Positions 1 to 15,325 are shown, numbered from the stretch's first letter. The stretch: DNA of 64,000 nt from Candidatus Aminicenantes bacterium (GCA_963773685.1 CAVZBY010000006.1:24710-88709), one strand, 5' to 3'. The notes: generated by a model from the letters alone, not told the origin. Translations and numbers: made by a program.

Positions 1-3000
1 ATCTCCTGGTCGAAGATCTCGCCGGTGACGCCGTCGAAGAGGGGGGATCTTGCCGGATTCGGGCAGGCCGGCCTTCTTCAGCAGCTCCTTGATCTCCCGC
101 TCCGAAATGCCGTCGAAGACGGGGGTCGCGATCCACATCCCGAGGCTCTTGGCCGCCCAGCCCGCGTGCGTCTCGAGGATCTGGCCGACGTTCATTCGGG
201 AGGGGACGCCGAGGGGGTTGAGGACGATCTCGACGGGCGTGCCGTCGGGGAGCCGCGGCATGTCCTCTTCGGGCACGATCCGGGCGATGATGCCCTTGTT
301 GCCGTGGCGCCCGGAGACCTTGTCGCCGACGGACATCTTCCGCTTCATGGCGATGAAGACCTTGATGGCCTGGATGACGCCGGGGGCCAGCTCGTCGCCC
401 TTCTTCAGGTTCTCGACCTTCTCCTTGAAGATCGCGCGCTCGGCCTCGATCTGCCGCTTGACCTTCCGGTCGAGGTCCTTGAGGACCCGGTCCCGCTCCT
501 CGTCCTCGGGGAGCTTGAGCTTGAGGGCCTCGTCCTCGCCGAGCTCGTCGAGGAGCCGCTCGGTGAGCTTCGTCCCCTTCTCGACGGTCAGGGAGCCCGC
601 CTTATGGGTCTTCTCGACGGCCGCGCCCTTGAGCAGGGCCCGGGTCTTCCGCCACTTTTCCTCTTCGAGGATGGTGATCTCGTCGTCGAGGTTCCGCTTC
701 ATCCGGGCGATCTCGTCCTTCTCGATGGCCTTCGCCCGGGGGCCCTTCTCGGTCCCGCGCCGGGAGAAGATCCGCACGTCGATGATGGTGCCCTCGACGC
801 CCGGCGAACAGTAGAGGGAGGCGTCCTTGACGTCCAGGGCCTTCTCGCCGAAGATGGCCTTGAGGAGCTTCTCCTCCGGCGAGAGCTGGGTCTCGCCCTT
901 CGGGGCGACCTTGCCGACGAGGATGTCCCCGCTCTTGACCTGGGCGCCGATGCGGACGATGCCGTTGTCGTCGAGGTTGCGGGAGAGGTTCTCCGGGATG
1001 TTGGGGATGTCCCGGGTGATCTCCTCCGGGCCGAGCTTGGTGTCCCGGGCCTCGATGGTCTCCTCCACGATGTGGATGGAGCTGAAGACGTCCTCCTTGA
1101 TCAGCTTCTCGCTGACGATGATGGCGTCCTCGAAATTGTAGCCCCGCCAGGGCATGAACGCGCAGAGGACGTTCCGGCCCAGGGACAGCTCGCCCTTGTC
1201 GGTGCAGGAGCTGTCGGCGAGGACCTGGCCCCGCTCGACCTTGTCGCCCCGCCGGACGATGGGCCGGTGGTTGATGCAGGTGTTCTGGTTGGTCCGCAGG
1301 AACTTGGTCATGACGTAGAGGTCGGTGCCGACCTCGTAGTCCCGGGCGTTCTCCTTCTCGTCGACCCGGATGAGGATGCGCTCGGCGTCGACGAACTCGA
1401 CGACCCCGGAGCGCTTGCAGACGATCACGTCCCCGGACCCCTTGGCCACGAGGTGCTCGATGCCCGTCCCGACCAGCGGCGCCTCCGGCCGCATCAGGGG
1501 AACGGCCTGGCGCTGCATGTTGGAGCCCATCAGGGCGCGGTTGGCGTCGTCGTGCTCCAGGAACGGGATGAGGGCCGCCGATAGGGAGACGAGCTGTTTC
1601 GGGGAGACGTCGATATAATCGATCTTCTCCCGCGGGATGTTCTTGAAGTTCCCGACCTCCCGGGCGCTGACGAGCTCGCCCGTGAACCGGCCCTTGTCGT
1701 CGACGGGGGCGTTGGCCTGGGCGATGTTGAACTTCTCCTCTTCCCAGGCGGTGAGGTACCAGCAGAAGGGCTCGACGATAGGGAGGGACTTGCCCTTCTG
1801 GCCCTTGAGCGGCTCGCCGGCCTTGAGCATCTCGTCCTTGAGGACGATGTCCCCGACCTTGTAGGACGTGCTGCCGGGATGGACGACCTTGACGTAATCG
1901 ATGATCCGGCCGTTCTTGACCTTCCGGTAGGGCGTCTCGAGGAAGCCGTAGTCGTTGACCCGGGCGTAACAGCTCAGCGAGGAGATGAGGCCGATGTTCG
2001 GGCCTTCCGGCGTCTCGACCGGGCAGATCCGGCCGTAGTGGGACGTCTGGATGTCCCGGACCTCGAAGCCCGCGCGCTCGCGGCTCAGGCCGCCGGGCCC
2101 GAGGGCGCTCAGCCGGCGCTTGTGGGTGATCTCGGCCAGGCTGTTGATCTGGTCCATGAACTGGGAGAGCTGGGAGCTCCCGAAGAACTCCTTGAGGGCG
2201 GCGATGACCGGCTTGGAATTGATGAGGTCCTGGGGCATGGCCGCCGCCAGGTCCGCCGTCACCGTCATCTTCTCCTTGATCGTCCGCTCCATGCGGGTCA
2301 GGCCGATCCGGAAGGCGTTCTCGACGAGCTCGCCGACCGACCGGACGCGGCGGTTGCCCAGATGGTCGATGTCGTCGACCGAGCCTTCGCCGAACCGGAG
2401 GTTGAGGAGGTACTTGATGACCTCGACGTAGTCCATGGGGAGCAGGGTCTTGTCCTCCAGGGACGTCTTGAGGCCGAGCTTGATGTTGAACTTCAGGCGC
2501 CCGATGCGGGAGAAATTGTACTTCTGGGGATTGAAGAACAGGTTGTGGAAGAGGTTGTGGGCGCTCTCCATCGTGTGGGGTTCGCCCGGGCCGCAGCTTC
2601 CGGTAGATCTCGCCGAGGGCCTGGTTCGTGTCCTTGCGGAGGTCCTTCTTCAGGGTGTTGACGATGATCAGTCCGGCCCGGTCCTCTTCGGGGAAGAAGA
2701 CCTCGAACGGCTCGCCCCGGCCGGCCAGGAGGTCGATCTGGACCTCGTTGAGCTCCTCGTTGACGCGGACCTTGCCCTTGATGCCGACCATGGAATAGGC
2801 GCCCTGGAGGTCCTTCTTGGCCAGGGGGACCCGGGTGACCCCGGCCTCCTTCAGGGCCTGGACGGCCTCCGGAGTGATCTTCTTCCGGGCCGGGACCAGG
2901 ACCTTCTTCGACTTGGGGTCGGTGACGTCCTCGGCCGCCGTCCGGCCGACGAGGCCGTCCCCGACCTCCCAGGCGAGCTTTCCGTCCTCGGGGACGACCT

Positions 3001-3868
3001 TGACCATCTTGTGGAAGAGCCTCAGGATGTCCTCGTCGGTCCCGAAGCCCAGGGCCCGCAGGAAGACCGTGGCCAGGAACTTCTTCTTGCGGTCCAGGCG
3101 GACCCACAGGTTGTTCTTGGCGTCGTACTCGAACTCGACCCAGGCGCCCCGGTACGGGATGAGCTTGCCGATGAAAAAGCCCTTGGTCTCGGCCTGCCGG
3201 AAGAATACGCCCGGCGACCGCTGGAGCTGGCTGACGACGACCCGCTCGATGCCGTTGAAGATGAACGTGCCCTTTTCCGTCATCAGCGGGATGTCGCCGA
3301 AGTAGACCTCCTGCTGCTTGATGTGCTTGAGGCGCTTGGTCTTGGCGACGAGGTCCTTCTCCCACGAGACGAGCTGGACGCGCAGCTTCAGCGGCACCGA
3401 GTAGGTGTAGCCCTTCTGGATGCACTCGGTGGCCGTGTACTTCATCTTGAGGCCGACCCGGTCCCCGCAGTGGTCGCAGAGGGGGATCTCGATCTTCCGC
3501 GCCGCCCCGCAGTACGGGCAGATCTCCTTCTCGGTCAGCACGGCCTCGGCCGGGAGGAGCGTGCCGCAGGCGTTGCACTTCGCCCGGGAGTTCTCGACCC
3601 CCTTGAGCCGGCCGCACTTGCATTCCCAGGTCCCGATGGAATAGCTGAGGAACTCGAGCTCGGTGGTCTCCTTGAAATCGGATATCGGGAAGACGTCCTT
3701 GAAGGCGGCCTGGAGGCCGATCTCCTTCCGCTCTTCGGGCAGAAGGTCCATCTGGAGATACTCGTTGTAGGACGCCACCTGGATATCCAGGAGGTCGGGC
3801 ATGGCGAAGACAGACTTGATCTTAGAGAAGTCGACCCTCTCAAGATAAGCATTTGTTTCTTTGTGCAT
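1..3868 (-). CDS. rpoB: RNA polymerase beta subunit, 3' end outside the window; one frameshift near 2590
   Basis: N-terminus [16 protein letters not shown]. After the frameshift I read [53 protein letters not shown] and GRHGNKG by hand. Confidence 0.98.
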
Positions 3869-3945
3869 ATTCTCTCTCTATCGAAAGAGTTTCACGGCTC
3901 CCGCCCCGGTCCGCGGGACCCGGGGACGCGGCCGTCCGGCCGGGC

Positions 3946-4332
<387 letters not shown>

Positions 4333-4343
4333 GTCTGTACTCC

Positions 4344-4857
4344 TTATTTCTTATCTTTCAACAGGCTCCACATCCGGCCCATAGTGGCCAGGGGCGCCTG
4401 CAGCGTCCGCAGGAACTGGCTCATCGGATAAGCCATCATGAATCCGACCTTGCCCAGGAGCTCGTCCCGGGAGGTGAGCTTGACGATCTCGTCGAACCGC
4501 TCGGGGGCCATGTAGTGCCCCTCGACGACGCCGGCCTTCACGGCCAGGATCTTGCCGCCCGCCGAATAGTCCCGGAGAAGCCTTGGCCAGCCCGATGGGG
4601 TCCTTCTCGGCGAAGGCGATGGCCGTCGTCTTCCGGAAGAAGGGCTTCAGGGGCTCGGGCGCGCTCTCCTGGAGGGCCCGGAGGGCGAGGCGGTTCTTGA
4701 CGACCTTGTAGGAATAGGCGTTCTTCCGGAGGATCTTCCTCAGCTCGACGGACTGGGAGACGCGCATCTGCTTGTAGTCGACGAGGTAGTAGGTGCCGTT
4801 CGCGAGGAAGGCCTTCCCCAGGCCGTTGACGATCTCTTCCTTGTTTTCCCTTTTCAC
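4344..4857 (-). CDS. rplJ: 50S ribosomal protein L10 (frameshift near 4575)
   Basis: YKVVKNRLA...TAIAF in ORF 4351..4857; KAGVVEG...[11 protein letters not shown] in ORF 4344..4541; lies between rplA and rplL. Confidence 0.95.
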
Positions 4858-5567
4858 TGGCGTCTCTCCTGTTTCTCCAGTATGTCCTCGGTGATCTTGA
4901 AGGACGGCCCCATCGTCGAGGAGACGAACATGCTCCGGACGTATTTCCCCTTGGCGGCGGGCGGCTTGGCGTGGACGATGGCCTGGATGAAGGTCCGGAT
5001 GTTGTCGACGAGCTTGTCCTCGGCGAAGGAGACCTTGCCCACCGTCGAGTGGACGATGCTCGTCTTGTCGACGCGGAACTCGACCTTGCCGGCCTTGGTC
5101 TCCTCGACGGCCTTGCGGACGTCGAAGGTGACCGTGCCCGACTTCGGGTTCGGCATGAGGCCCTTGGTCCCCAGGATCCGGCCCAGCTTGCCGACGCCCC
5201 GCATGACGTCGGGCGTCGCGATGACGACGTCGAAGTCGATCCAGCCGCCGGAGATCTTCTCGATGATGTCGTCGCCGCCGACGAAATCGGCGCCGGCCTC
5301 CTCGGCCTCCTTGATCTTCTCGCCCGAGGCGATGACGCAGATCTTCTTGGTCTTGCCGGTGCCGTGGGGGAGGACGACGGTGCCCCGGACCATCTGGTCG
5401 GAGTACTTGGGGTTGACCCCGAGACGGATGGACACGTCGACGGATTCGTCGAACTTGGCGTAGGCGGCCTTCTTGACGTTGGCCGCGGCCTCCTCGATGG
5501 AGAAGACGCGCGTTTCCTCGCCCTTGAGCTCCCGCGCCTTGATGTACTGCTTGCCTCGTTTACTCAC
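4854..5567 (-). CDS. rplA: 50S ribosomal protein L1
   Basis: [43 protein letters not shown]. Confidence 0.98.
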   Translation of the reverse strand: MSKRGKQYIKARELKGEETRVFSIEEAAANVKKAAYAKFDESVDVSIRLGVNPKYSDQMVRGTVVLPHGTGKTKKICVIASGEKIKEAEEAGADFVGGDDIIEKISGGWIDFDVVIATPDVMRGVGKLGRILGTKGLMPNPKSGTVTFDVRKAVEETKAGKVEFRVDKTSIVHSTVGKVSFAEDKLVDNIRTFIQAIVHAKPPAAKGKYVRSMFVSSTMGPSFKITEDILEKQERRQ

Positions 5568-5991
5568 TGACGATCTCCAATCCCATGTTCCGGGCCGTGC
5601 CCTCGATGATCTTCCGGGCCGCCTCGATGTCGTAGGCGTTGAGGTCCGGGAGCTTGATCCGGGCGATCTCCTCGATCTGCTTCCGGGTCACCTTGCCGAC
5701 CTTGTCCTTGTTGGGGGCCCCGGAGCCCTTGGCGATCCCGGCGGCCTTCTTCAGGAGGTAGGAGGCGGGCGGGGTCTTGACGACGAAGGTGAACTTCTTG
5801 TCCTTGAAGATCGTGATCTCGACCGGGATCACGGTCCCTTCCTCCATCTTGCCCGTCCGGTCGTTGAACTGGCGGACGAACTCCATGATGTTGACGCCGT
5901 GCTGGCCGAGGGCCGGGCCGACCGGAGGCGCGGGGCTCGCCTGGCCCGCGACGATCTCGAGCTTGACTTTCGCGACGACTTCCTTGGACAT
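5560..5991 (-). CDS. rplK: 50S ribosomal protein L11
   Basis: [28 protein letters not shown]. Confidence 0.98.
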   Translation of the reverse strand: MSKEVVAKVKLEIVAGQASPAPPVGPALGQHGVNIMEFVRQFNDRTGKMEEGTVIPVEITIFKDKKFTFVVKTPPASYLLKKAAGIAKGSGAPNKDKVGKVTRKQIEEIARIKLPDLNAYDIEAARKIIEGTARNMGLEIVSE

Positions 5992-6000
5992 CCTTTCCTC

Positions 6001-6533
6001 CTAGAGTTTTTCCACCTGCAGGAACTCGAGCTCCACCGGCGTCGACCGGCCGAAGATGGTGACGAGGACCTTGAGCGTGCTCCGCTCGTGGTTGACGTCC
6101 TCGACGATGCCGTTGAAGTTGAAGAACGGGCCGTCGATGATCCGGACGGCCTCGCCCTTCTCGAAGGAGTGCTTGGGCTTCGGCTTCTCGGAGGTGGTCT
6201 CCATGTGCTCGACGATCTGGCTGACCTCGTTCTTGTTGAGCGGGGACGGCTTCTTGCCGGAGCCGACGAACCCGGTGACCTTGGGCGTCTGGCGGATCAT
6301 CAGCCAGTTCTCGTCGGACATCTCCATCTCGACGAGGATGTAGCCCGGATAGGACCGCTTCGTGGAGACGACCTTCTTGCCCGCCTCGGATCTCGATGAC
6401 GTCCTCGGTCGGGATGATGATCTGGCCGACCTGGTCCTGGATGTCGAGTCTCGAGGGCCCTCTGCTTGATGGACTCGGCCACGAACTTCTCGAACCCCGA
6501 GTAGGTATGGACGACATACCAGTTCTTTGCCAT
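6001..6533 (-). CDS. nusG: Transcription termination/antitermination factor NusG (frameshifted)
   Basis: [15 protein letters not shown]; [18 protein letters not shown]; KOW domain [14 protein letters not shown]...[19 protein letters not shown]. Confidence 0.96.
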
Positions 6534-6548
6534 CGTTCCCGTTCCTCT

Positions 6549-6762
6549 TCAGCTCACCAGAGCCTTGATCTGGGTGATGACCCAGGAAAAGATGATGTCC
6601 ATGAAGAAGAGGTAGAAGCCGAAGAAGACGGTGGCGATGATGACGACGATCGTCGTGCTCGTGACCTCGTTGCGCGGAGGGCCAGGTGACCTTCTTCAGC
6701 TCCGCCCTGGTCTCCTTCAGGAAATTGATGAAACGCTTGTACCAACGGATCTTGTCATTCAT
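6549..6762 (-). CDS. secE: Preprotein translocase SecE (frameshift near 6680)
   Basis: [15 protein letters not shown] followed in another frame by a TM segment ending [25 protein letters not shown]. Confidence 0.93.
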
Positions 6763-6836
6763 GGTCTTTCCTCGTCTTCGCCCGACGTCCCTCAGGTCTC
6801 GCTCCCCCCGTCCCCGGCCGCGGGGGCCGTTGATTC

Positions 6837-6913
<77 letters not shown>

Positions 6914-6922
6914 GCACCTCGG

Positions 6923-7075
6923 TCACTTCACCTCTTTGTGGAGGGTATGCTTGCGGCAGAACGGACAGTACTTCTTGAGCTCCAGTCTTCTCGGTCTGCG
7001 TCTTCTTGTTCCGCGTCGTCGTAGTAGTTCCGGCGCTTGCACTCGGTGCAGTTCAGGGTCACTGTGCTCGCGCAT
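6923..7075 (-). CDS. rpmG: 50S ribosomal protein L33, Zn-binding form (about 3 indels)
   Basis: Hand reconstruction across indels: [48 protein letters not shown]; between tuf and tRNA-Trp. Confidence 0.9.
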   Translation of the reverse strand: MREHSDPELHRVQAPELLRRRGTRRRRPRRLELKKYCPFCRKHTLHKEVK

Positions 7076-7117
7076 CTTCGCTTATCCTCCGAGGTCCGGC
7101 GTCCCGGGCCGGTCCGG

Positions 7118-8322
<1,205 letters not shown>

Positions 8323-8378
8323 CACTTACCTCCTGAATCCTTATCGGTCATGCGTCTAAGGACCTCGTTCTATGCATA

Positions 8379-8451
8379 AGCCCACGACCAGAATTGAACT
8401 GGTGACCCCGTCCTTACCAAGGACGTGCTCTACCAACTGAGCTACTTGGGC
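8379..8451 (-). tRNA. tRNA-Thr (GGT)
   Basis: CGTCC-TTGGTAA-GGACG anticodon arm, AGTTCAATT T-loop; no encoded CCA. Confidence 0.95.
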
Positions 8452-8472
8452 CCGTCGAACTCGAAAAGGAAG

Positions 8473-8545
<73 letters not shown>

Positions 8546-8553
8546 CCAGGAAA

Positions 8554-8636
8554 TGGGCAGGGAAGGATTCGAACCTCCGAAGCGTTTCCGCAGCGGGTTT
8601 ACAGCCCGCCCCATTTGGCCACTCTGGAACCTGCCC
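8554..8636 (-). tRNA. tRNA-Tyr (GTA)
   Basis: GGGCAGG acceptor stem, GCGGG-CTGTAAA-CCCGC, long variable arm, GGTTCGAATCC. Confidence 0.97.
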
Positions 8637-8748
8637 GACATTTCTATCCTCATCCTTTAATCTCTTGGGCGTCCCGGACCCGCCGGGCGACGCCCGCCGG
8701 CGCGAAGGGATCCGTCCCAAAAAACTAACCCGCCCGTCGCCAACGCTA

Positions 8749-8821
8749 AGCCAGCGAAGGGACTCGAACCCCTGACCCGCTGATTACAAATCAGCCGCTC
8801 TACCTACTGAGCTACGCTGGC
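8749..8821 (-). tRNA. tRNA-Thr (TGT)
   Basis: GCCAGCG acceptor stem, GCTGA-TTTGTAA-TCAGC, GGTTCGAGTCC. Confidence 0.97.
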
Positions 8822-8974
8822 GTCTCCTCGATGTCCTGCCCGGCGAGCCTGAGATCCCGCGAGAGATGGGGGGAAAGAGAATGGGCTTAAAAAACGATAA
8901 ACCTTCTCTTATACCAGCTCGAGCTTCTTGTTTTTCAGAAGATACTTCTGAAAAAACGAAAATTTACAAGGGTC

Positions 8975-9003
8975 ATAGTATCGGAATTATCCTTTTCTGT
9001 CAA
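8975..9003 (-). promoter_or_regulatory. sigma70 promoter of the tRNA-tuf operon
   Basis: TTGACA-N17-TACTAT on the minus strand, with an A-rich UP-like tract at 9004-9018. Confidence 0.8.
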
Positions 9004-9302
9004 GAATTTCTTTTTTCCAGGGGAAGGCTTCGGCAGGATCGCGGGCCGAAAAGGCCCATTCCCGATCCGCGAGGATCGCCTCCCTCAGACTCCCCGAAAG
9101 ACCGATTGTCCCCTCGATCTCTCTCCTCCGCGGGGAACATCGAACCTCCAGGGCCTAGGATTCCTCGTCGCGGGTCATCGGAGGCGCGCCAGGGACCGAT
9201 CAGGGCCAATCCTCCGCGTCATTCCGGAACGTGATGTCCCTGAGTCCTCGAGCCGGAAGCAGATCGCCAGGAGGGCGTCTCGAATCGGGCAGAGCTGACG
9301 AA

Positions 9303-9331
9303 TTGACAGTCCGGGGGAGGATTGTTATGAT
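9303..9331 (+). promoter_or_regulatory. sigma70 promoter of the pur operon
   Basis: TTGACA-N17-TATGAT with extended -10 TG, 32 nt upstream of the purB ATG. Confidence 0.8.
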
Positions 9332-9363
9332 GGGAGCTCTCATTCCCGAAGGATGGACGACCG

Positions 9364-10665
9364 ATGATCGAACGCTACACCCTGCCCGAGATGGGCGGCA
9401 TCTGGACCGAAGAGAACCGGTACCGCCGGTGGCTCGACGTCGAGCTCGCCGTCTGCGAGGCCTGGGCCAGGCTCGGGAAGATCCCCCCGGCCTCCCTGAA
9501 GACGATCAAGTCCAAGGCCGGCTTCTCGGTCGCCCGGATCGACGAGATCGAGAAGGTCGTCAAGCACGACGTCATCGCCTTCCTGACCTCGGTCAACGAG
9601 AAGGTCGGCCCGGACGGCCGGTTCATCCACGTCGGCCTGACCTCCTACGACGTCGTCGACACGGCCCTCTCCCTCCTGGTCCGGGAATCCCTGGAGAGGA
9701 TCCTCGCCCGGCTCCGGGCCCTCGAAAAGGTCCTGAAGCGCCAGGCCCTCAAATACAAGAAGACGCCCTGTATCGGCCGGACCCACGGGATCCATGCGGA
9801 GCCGGTGACGTTCGGGTTCAAGCTCCTCGTCTGGGTCGAGGAGGTCCGCCGGCATATCGAACGGACGGAGCGGGCCATCGACGTCATGTCGGTCGGCCGC
9901 ATCTCGGGCTCGGTCGGCACCTATATCCACCTGGATCCCAGGGTCGAGACGTTCGCCCTCCGGAAGCTCAAGCTTCGCCCGGCCAGGGTATCGACCCAGG
10001 TCCTCCAGCGGGACCGGCACGCCGAGGTCATGGCCGCCCTGGCGCTCACCGCGACCTCGCTCGAGAAGTTCGCTCTCGAGATCCGCCACCTTCAGCGGAC
10101 CGAGGTCGGCGAGGTCGAGGAGCCGTTCACCCGGGGACAGAAGGGCTCCTCCTCGATGCCCCACAAGAAGAACCCCGTCCGCTGCGAGCGCATTTCGGGG
10201 CTCGCCCGCATCATCAGGGCGAACCTCCAGGTCGCCCTGGAGAACATCCCGCTCTGGCACGAAAGGGACATTTCGCACTCCTCCGCCGAGCGGGTCATCT
10301 TCCCCGATTCGTTCATCCTGACGGACTACCTCCTGGCGGAAATGACGGATATCCTCGGGAACTGGGTCGTCCACCCCGACCGGATGCGGAAGAACATCGG
10401 GGCGACGCGGGGGCTGATCTTCTCCCAGAGCGTCCTCCTGGCCCTGACCCGAAAGGGGCTCAGCCGGGAGCAGGCTTACCAGATCGTCCAGAGGAACAGC
10501 CTCAAGGCCTGGAACGAGGGGCTGGATTTCAAGGCCCTCATCCGGACCGATCCGGAGGTCGCCGCGGTCCTCGATGACGCCGAGCTCGAGCGGTGCTTCT
10601 CCCTCGATCCCTACCTCGGCAGGATCGACCATATCTTCGAAAGGGTGTTCTCCGATGAAAGTTAG
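9364..10665 (+). CDS. purB: Adenylosuccinate lyase
   Basis: MIERYTLPEM, HDVIAF, GRTHGIHAEP, signature GSSSMPHKKNP. Confidence 0.97.
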   Translation: MIERYTLPEMGGIWTEENRYRRWLDVELAVCEAWARLGKIPPASLKTIKSKAGFSVARIDEIEKVVKHDVIAFLTSVNEKVGPDGRFIHVGLTSYDVVDTALSLLVRESLERILARLRALEKVLKRQALKYKKTPCIGRTHGIHAEPVTFGFKLLVWVEEVRRHIERTERAIDVMSVGRISGSVGTYIHLDPRVETFALRKLKLRPARVSTQVLQRDRHAEVMAALALTATSLEKFALEIRHLQRTEVGEVEEPFTRGQKGSSSMPHKKNPVRCERISGLARIIRANLQVALENIPLWHERDISHSSAERVIFPDSFILTDYLLAEMTDILGNWVVHPDRMRKNIGATRGLIFSQSVLLALTRKGLSREQAYQIVQRNSLKAWNEGLDFKALIRTDPEVAAVLDDAELERCFSLDPYLGRIDHIFERVFSDES

Positions 10666-10900
10666 GATCCTGGTCTCGTTCAAGGACAGCGTTCTCGATC
10701 CCCAGGGGCAGACCGTGAAGAATGCCCTGCACACGCTCGGATACGACGCCGTGAAAGAGGTGCGGCAGGGCAAGGTCTTCGAGCTCGAGCTCGTCGGGGT
10801 CTCCGCGGCGGAGGCCGGGAAGCTCGTCCCGGAGGTCGCCCGCAAGGTGCTGGCCAATCCGATCATCGAAAAATACACCTGGCAGATCGTCGAGGAATGA
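10655..10900 (+). CDS. purS: FGAM synthase subunit PurS
   Basis: [10 protein letters not shown]...GKVFELEL...LANPIIEKY; directly upstream of purQ. Confidence 0.95.
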   Translation: MKVRILVSFKDSVLDPQGQTVKNALHTLGYDAVKEVRQGKVFELELVGVSAAEAGKLVPEVARKVLANPIIEKYTWQIVEE

Positions 10901-10911
10901 GCGGGGATCCC

Positions 10912-11623
10912 ATGAAATTCGGCGTCGTCATGTTCCCCGGATCGAATTGCGACCGCGACACCCTCCACGTTCTCGGGGAGGTCCTGGGGAGGGAGACCGT
11001 CTTCCTCTGGCACAAGGACCATGACCTGCGCGGGGTGGACGCGGTCGTCCTGCCCGGAGGCTTTTCCTACGGGGACTACCTGCGCTCCGGGGCCATCGCC
11101 CGGTTCTCTCCCCTGATGCAGGAGGTCCGGACCTTCGCCCGCCGCGGCGGGCACGTTCTGGGCATCTGCAACGGGTTCCAGATCCTCCTCGAGCTCGGGC
11201 TTCTCCCCGGCGCCATGCTCCGGAACAAGGGGCTCAAGTTCCTCTGCGAATTCGTCCATATCCGCGTCGAGAACGCCCGGACGGACTTCACCCGGGGCGC
11301 GGCGAAGGGCCGGGTCCTCAGGATCCCGATCGCGCATTTCGACGGCAACTATTACGCCCCCGCCAGGGTCCATGCGGACCTTCTCCGGACGAACCGGGTC
11401 GTTTTCCGGTACTGCGACGCGGAGGGCCGGGTCACCGACGAGGCCAACCATCAACGGCTCCTTGGACAATATCGCCGGGATCATCAACGAGGAGGGGAAC
11501 GTCCTGGGGCTGATGCCCCACCCCGAGCGGGCCTCCGAGGCCCTCCTCGGCAGCGAGGACGGCCGGATCATCCTCGAATCGCTGATCGCATCGATCGAAG
11601 GCGCCAGACGCCGGAAGAAGTGA
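10912..11623 (+). CDS. purQ: FGAM synthase glutaminase subunit PurQ (frameshift near 11450)
   Basis: [34 protein letters not shown]; C-terminus [10 protein letters not shown]...GLMPHPERA in another frame. Confidence 0.95.
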
Positions 11624-11632
11624 ACGGACACC

Positions 11633-13836
<2,204 letters not shown>

Positions 13837-13840
<4 letters not shown>

Positions 13841-14670
13841 AGTCCCGCGCCGTCCTCGTCCTTCTTCTCCTCGCCGCCCCCCTCCCCTCTTCCGGCCTGA
13901 CGGTCCGTCTCAAGCTCGCCGGAAGCTATGGGGCTCCGGCGTTCGATGACGCCAACCTGGCCCTGAACGGCTGGGCGGAGTCCCTGAGAAGGCAAGCCGC
14001 CGCGACACCGGGTTGGAGCTTTACGGGCGGCAAGGACGGCCGCCTCCGCGGGGCTTTCGGCATCGGGGGCGAGGTCCTCCTGGATCTTACGCGACGATGG
14101 TCCATCGGGATCGGCTCCGGGTATGCCTTGAGCGAGGTCTCGGAAGGGGCGACGACCCTCGAGATCGAGCGGTCCTCCGTCCCCTACGTCTATGCCCGGC
14201 CGACGAGGGTCGCCGCCACCCCCTTGTTCCTGTCAGGATATCATACCTTCCCGCTCGGCAGTCGGCTCGGCCTATATATCGGAGCGGGCGCGGGCCAAGT
14301 TCGGGTCAGGTATTCGTCCAGCGCTGCCGTAAAAAGAGCCGCGAGCTCGGGGTTCGCCTATTCGGACGAGCAGTCCGCCTCGGGCCGGGGGAATCTTGTC
14401 CAGGGCACCGCCGGGTTCAAGTACGTCCATGACCAGAATATCGGGCTCTTCCTGGAAGCGGTCTGGAGGCGGGCCAAGGTCGAAACGCTCGAGAACGGGA
14501 CGGGAACGCTCTACGCCTACGACGAGTATCGGGCGGACATCGACTTCTGGCAGGCCAAAATGGCCGTCCTCGATGGGCCGCCGGCCGGCGAGACCTTCCG
14601 TTCGGTCCGGAAGGCCGTCGCGGACGCGGGCGGCCTTGTCCTGAGGGTCGGGTTCCTCATCAAGTTCTAG
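13837..14670 (+). CDS. Outer-membrane beta-barrel protein of unknown function
   Basis: Signal peptide, alternating hydrophobic beta strands ([20 protein letters not shown]), C-terminal Phe (VGFLIKF). Confidence 0.65.
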
Positions 14671-14686
14671 ACCGAAGGAGGCCGCC

Positions 14687-15325
14687 GTGTCCGAAGGATC
14701 CTTTCTCAGCCCGCGGAAGACGGGACGCGTCGCCGTCCTGTTGTCGGGAAGGGGCTCCAACTTCCTGGCTCTTCTCGCCGCCGTCCGTGAAAGCCGGATC
14801 GACGCCCGGATCGCGCTCGTCCTGAGCAACAAGGCGGACGCGCCCGGACTTGCCGCGGCCCGGGAGGCGGGGCTCGAAACGCTCTTCCTGGACCCCAAGC
14901 TTTTCGCCTCGAAGGAGGATTATGACGCGGCGATCGTCCGCGAGCTCGCTGCCCGGGACATCGACCTCGTCTGCCTGGCCGGATATATGAAGATCCTGAC
15001 GCCGGTGTTCTGCCGGGCCTTCAAGGACCGCATCCTGAACATCCACCCCGCCCTCCTCCCGGCTTTCCCCGGACTCCACGTCCAACAGAGGGCCGTCGAC
15101 TGGGGGGTCCGCTTTTCCGGCTGCACGGTCCACTTCGTCGCCGAAGAGGTGGATGCGGGGCCCATCGTCCTCCAGGCTGTCGTTCCTGTCCTCCAGGACG
15201 ACACCGAGGAAACCCTGGCCGCCAGGATCCTCGTCGAGGAACACAAGATCTACCCCGAAGCCGTCCGGCTGTATTTCGAGGGACGGATCGAGATCCGGGG
15301 GCGCCGGGTCTTCATCCGGAGCTGA
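14687..15325 (+). CDS. purN: Phosphoribosylglycinamide formyltransferase
   Basis: LLSGRGSNF, LAGYMKIL, NIHPALLPAFPG, GCTVHFV, DAGPIVLQ. Confidence 0.97.
   Translation: MSEGSFLSPRKTGRVAVLLSGRGSNFLALLAAVRESRIDARIALVLSNKADAPGLAAAREAGLETLFLDPKLFASKEDYDAAIVRELAARDIDLVCLAGYMKILTPVFCRAFKDRILNIHPALLPAFPGLHVQQRAVDWGVRFSGCTVHFVAEEVDAGPIVLQAVVPVLQDDTEETLAARILVEEHKIYPEAVRLYFEGRIEIRGRRVFIRS

Noticed and set aside
25-1584. Long antisense or alternate-frame ORFs (e.g. 25..1584 +, 9340..11733 -, 11432..13498 -, 27582..28994 +, 37430..38989 +)
   Set aside because: They shadow well-supported genes on the other strand or frame and have no motifs or RBS; this is expected in high-GC3 DNA, where stop codons are rare in off-frames.
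2100-2200. Intrinsic rifampicin resistance from RRDR changes
   Set aside because: The equivalents of Q513, D516, H526, R529, S531 and L533 are intact, and Ala at 522 also occurs in sensitive species such as Bacillus subtilis.
8379-8451. A6:G67 mismatch in the tRNA-Thr(GGT) acceptor stem
   Set aside because: A single mismatch in an error-prone assembly; it cannot be told apart from a base-calling error.
9020-9300. Purine or ZTP riboswitch upstream of purB
   Set aside because: Local hairpins exist (e.g. 9037-9069) but I recognise no riboswitch consensus, and a strong promoter at 9303-9331 lies downstream of them, leaving only a short leader. An Infernal/Rfam scan would confirm.
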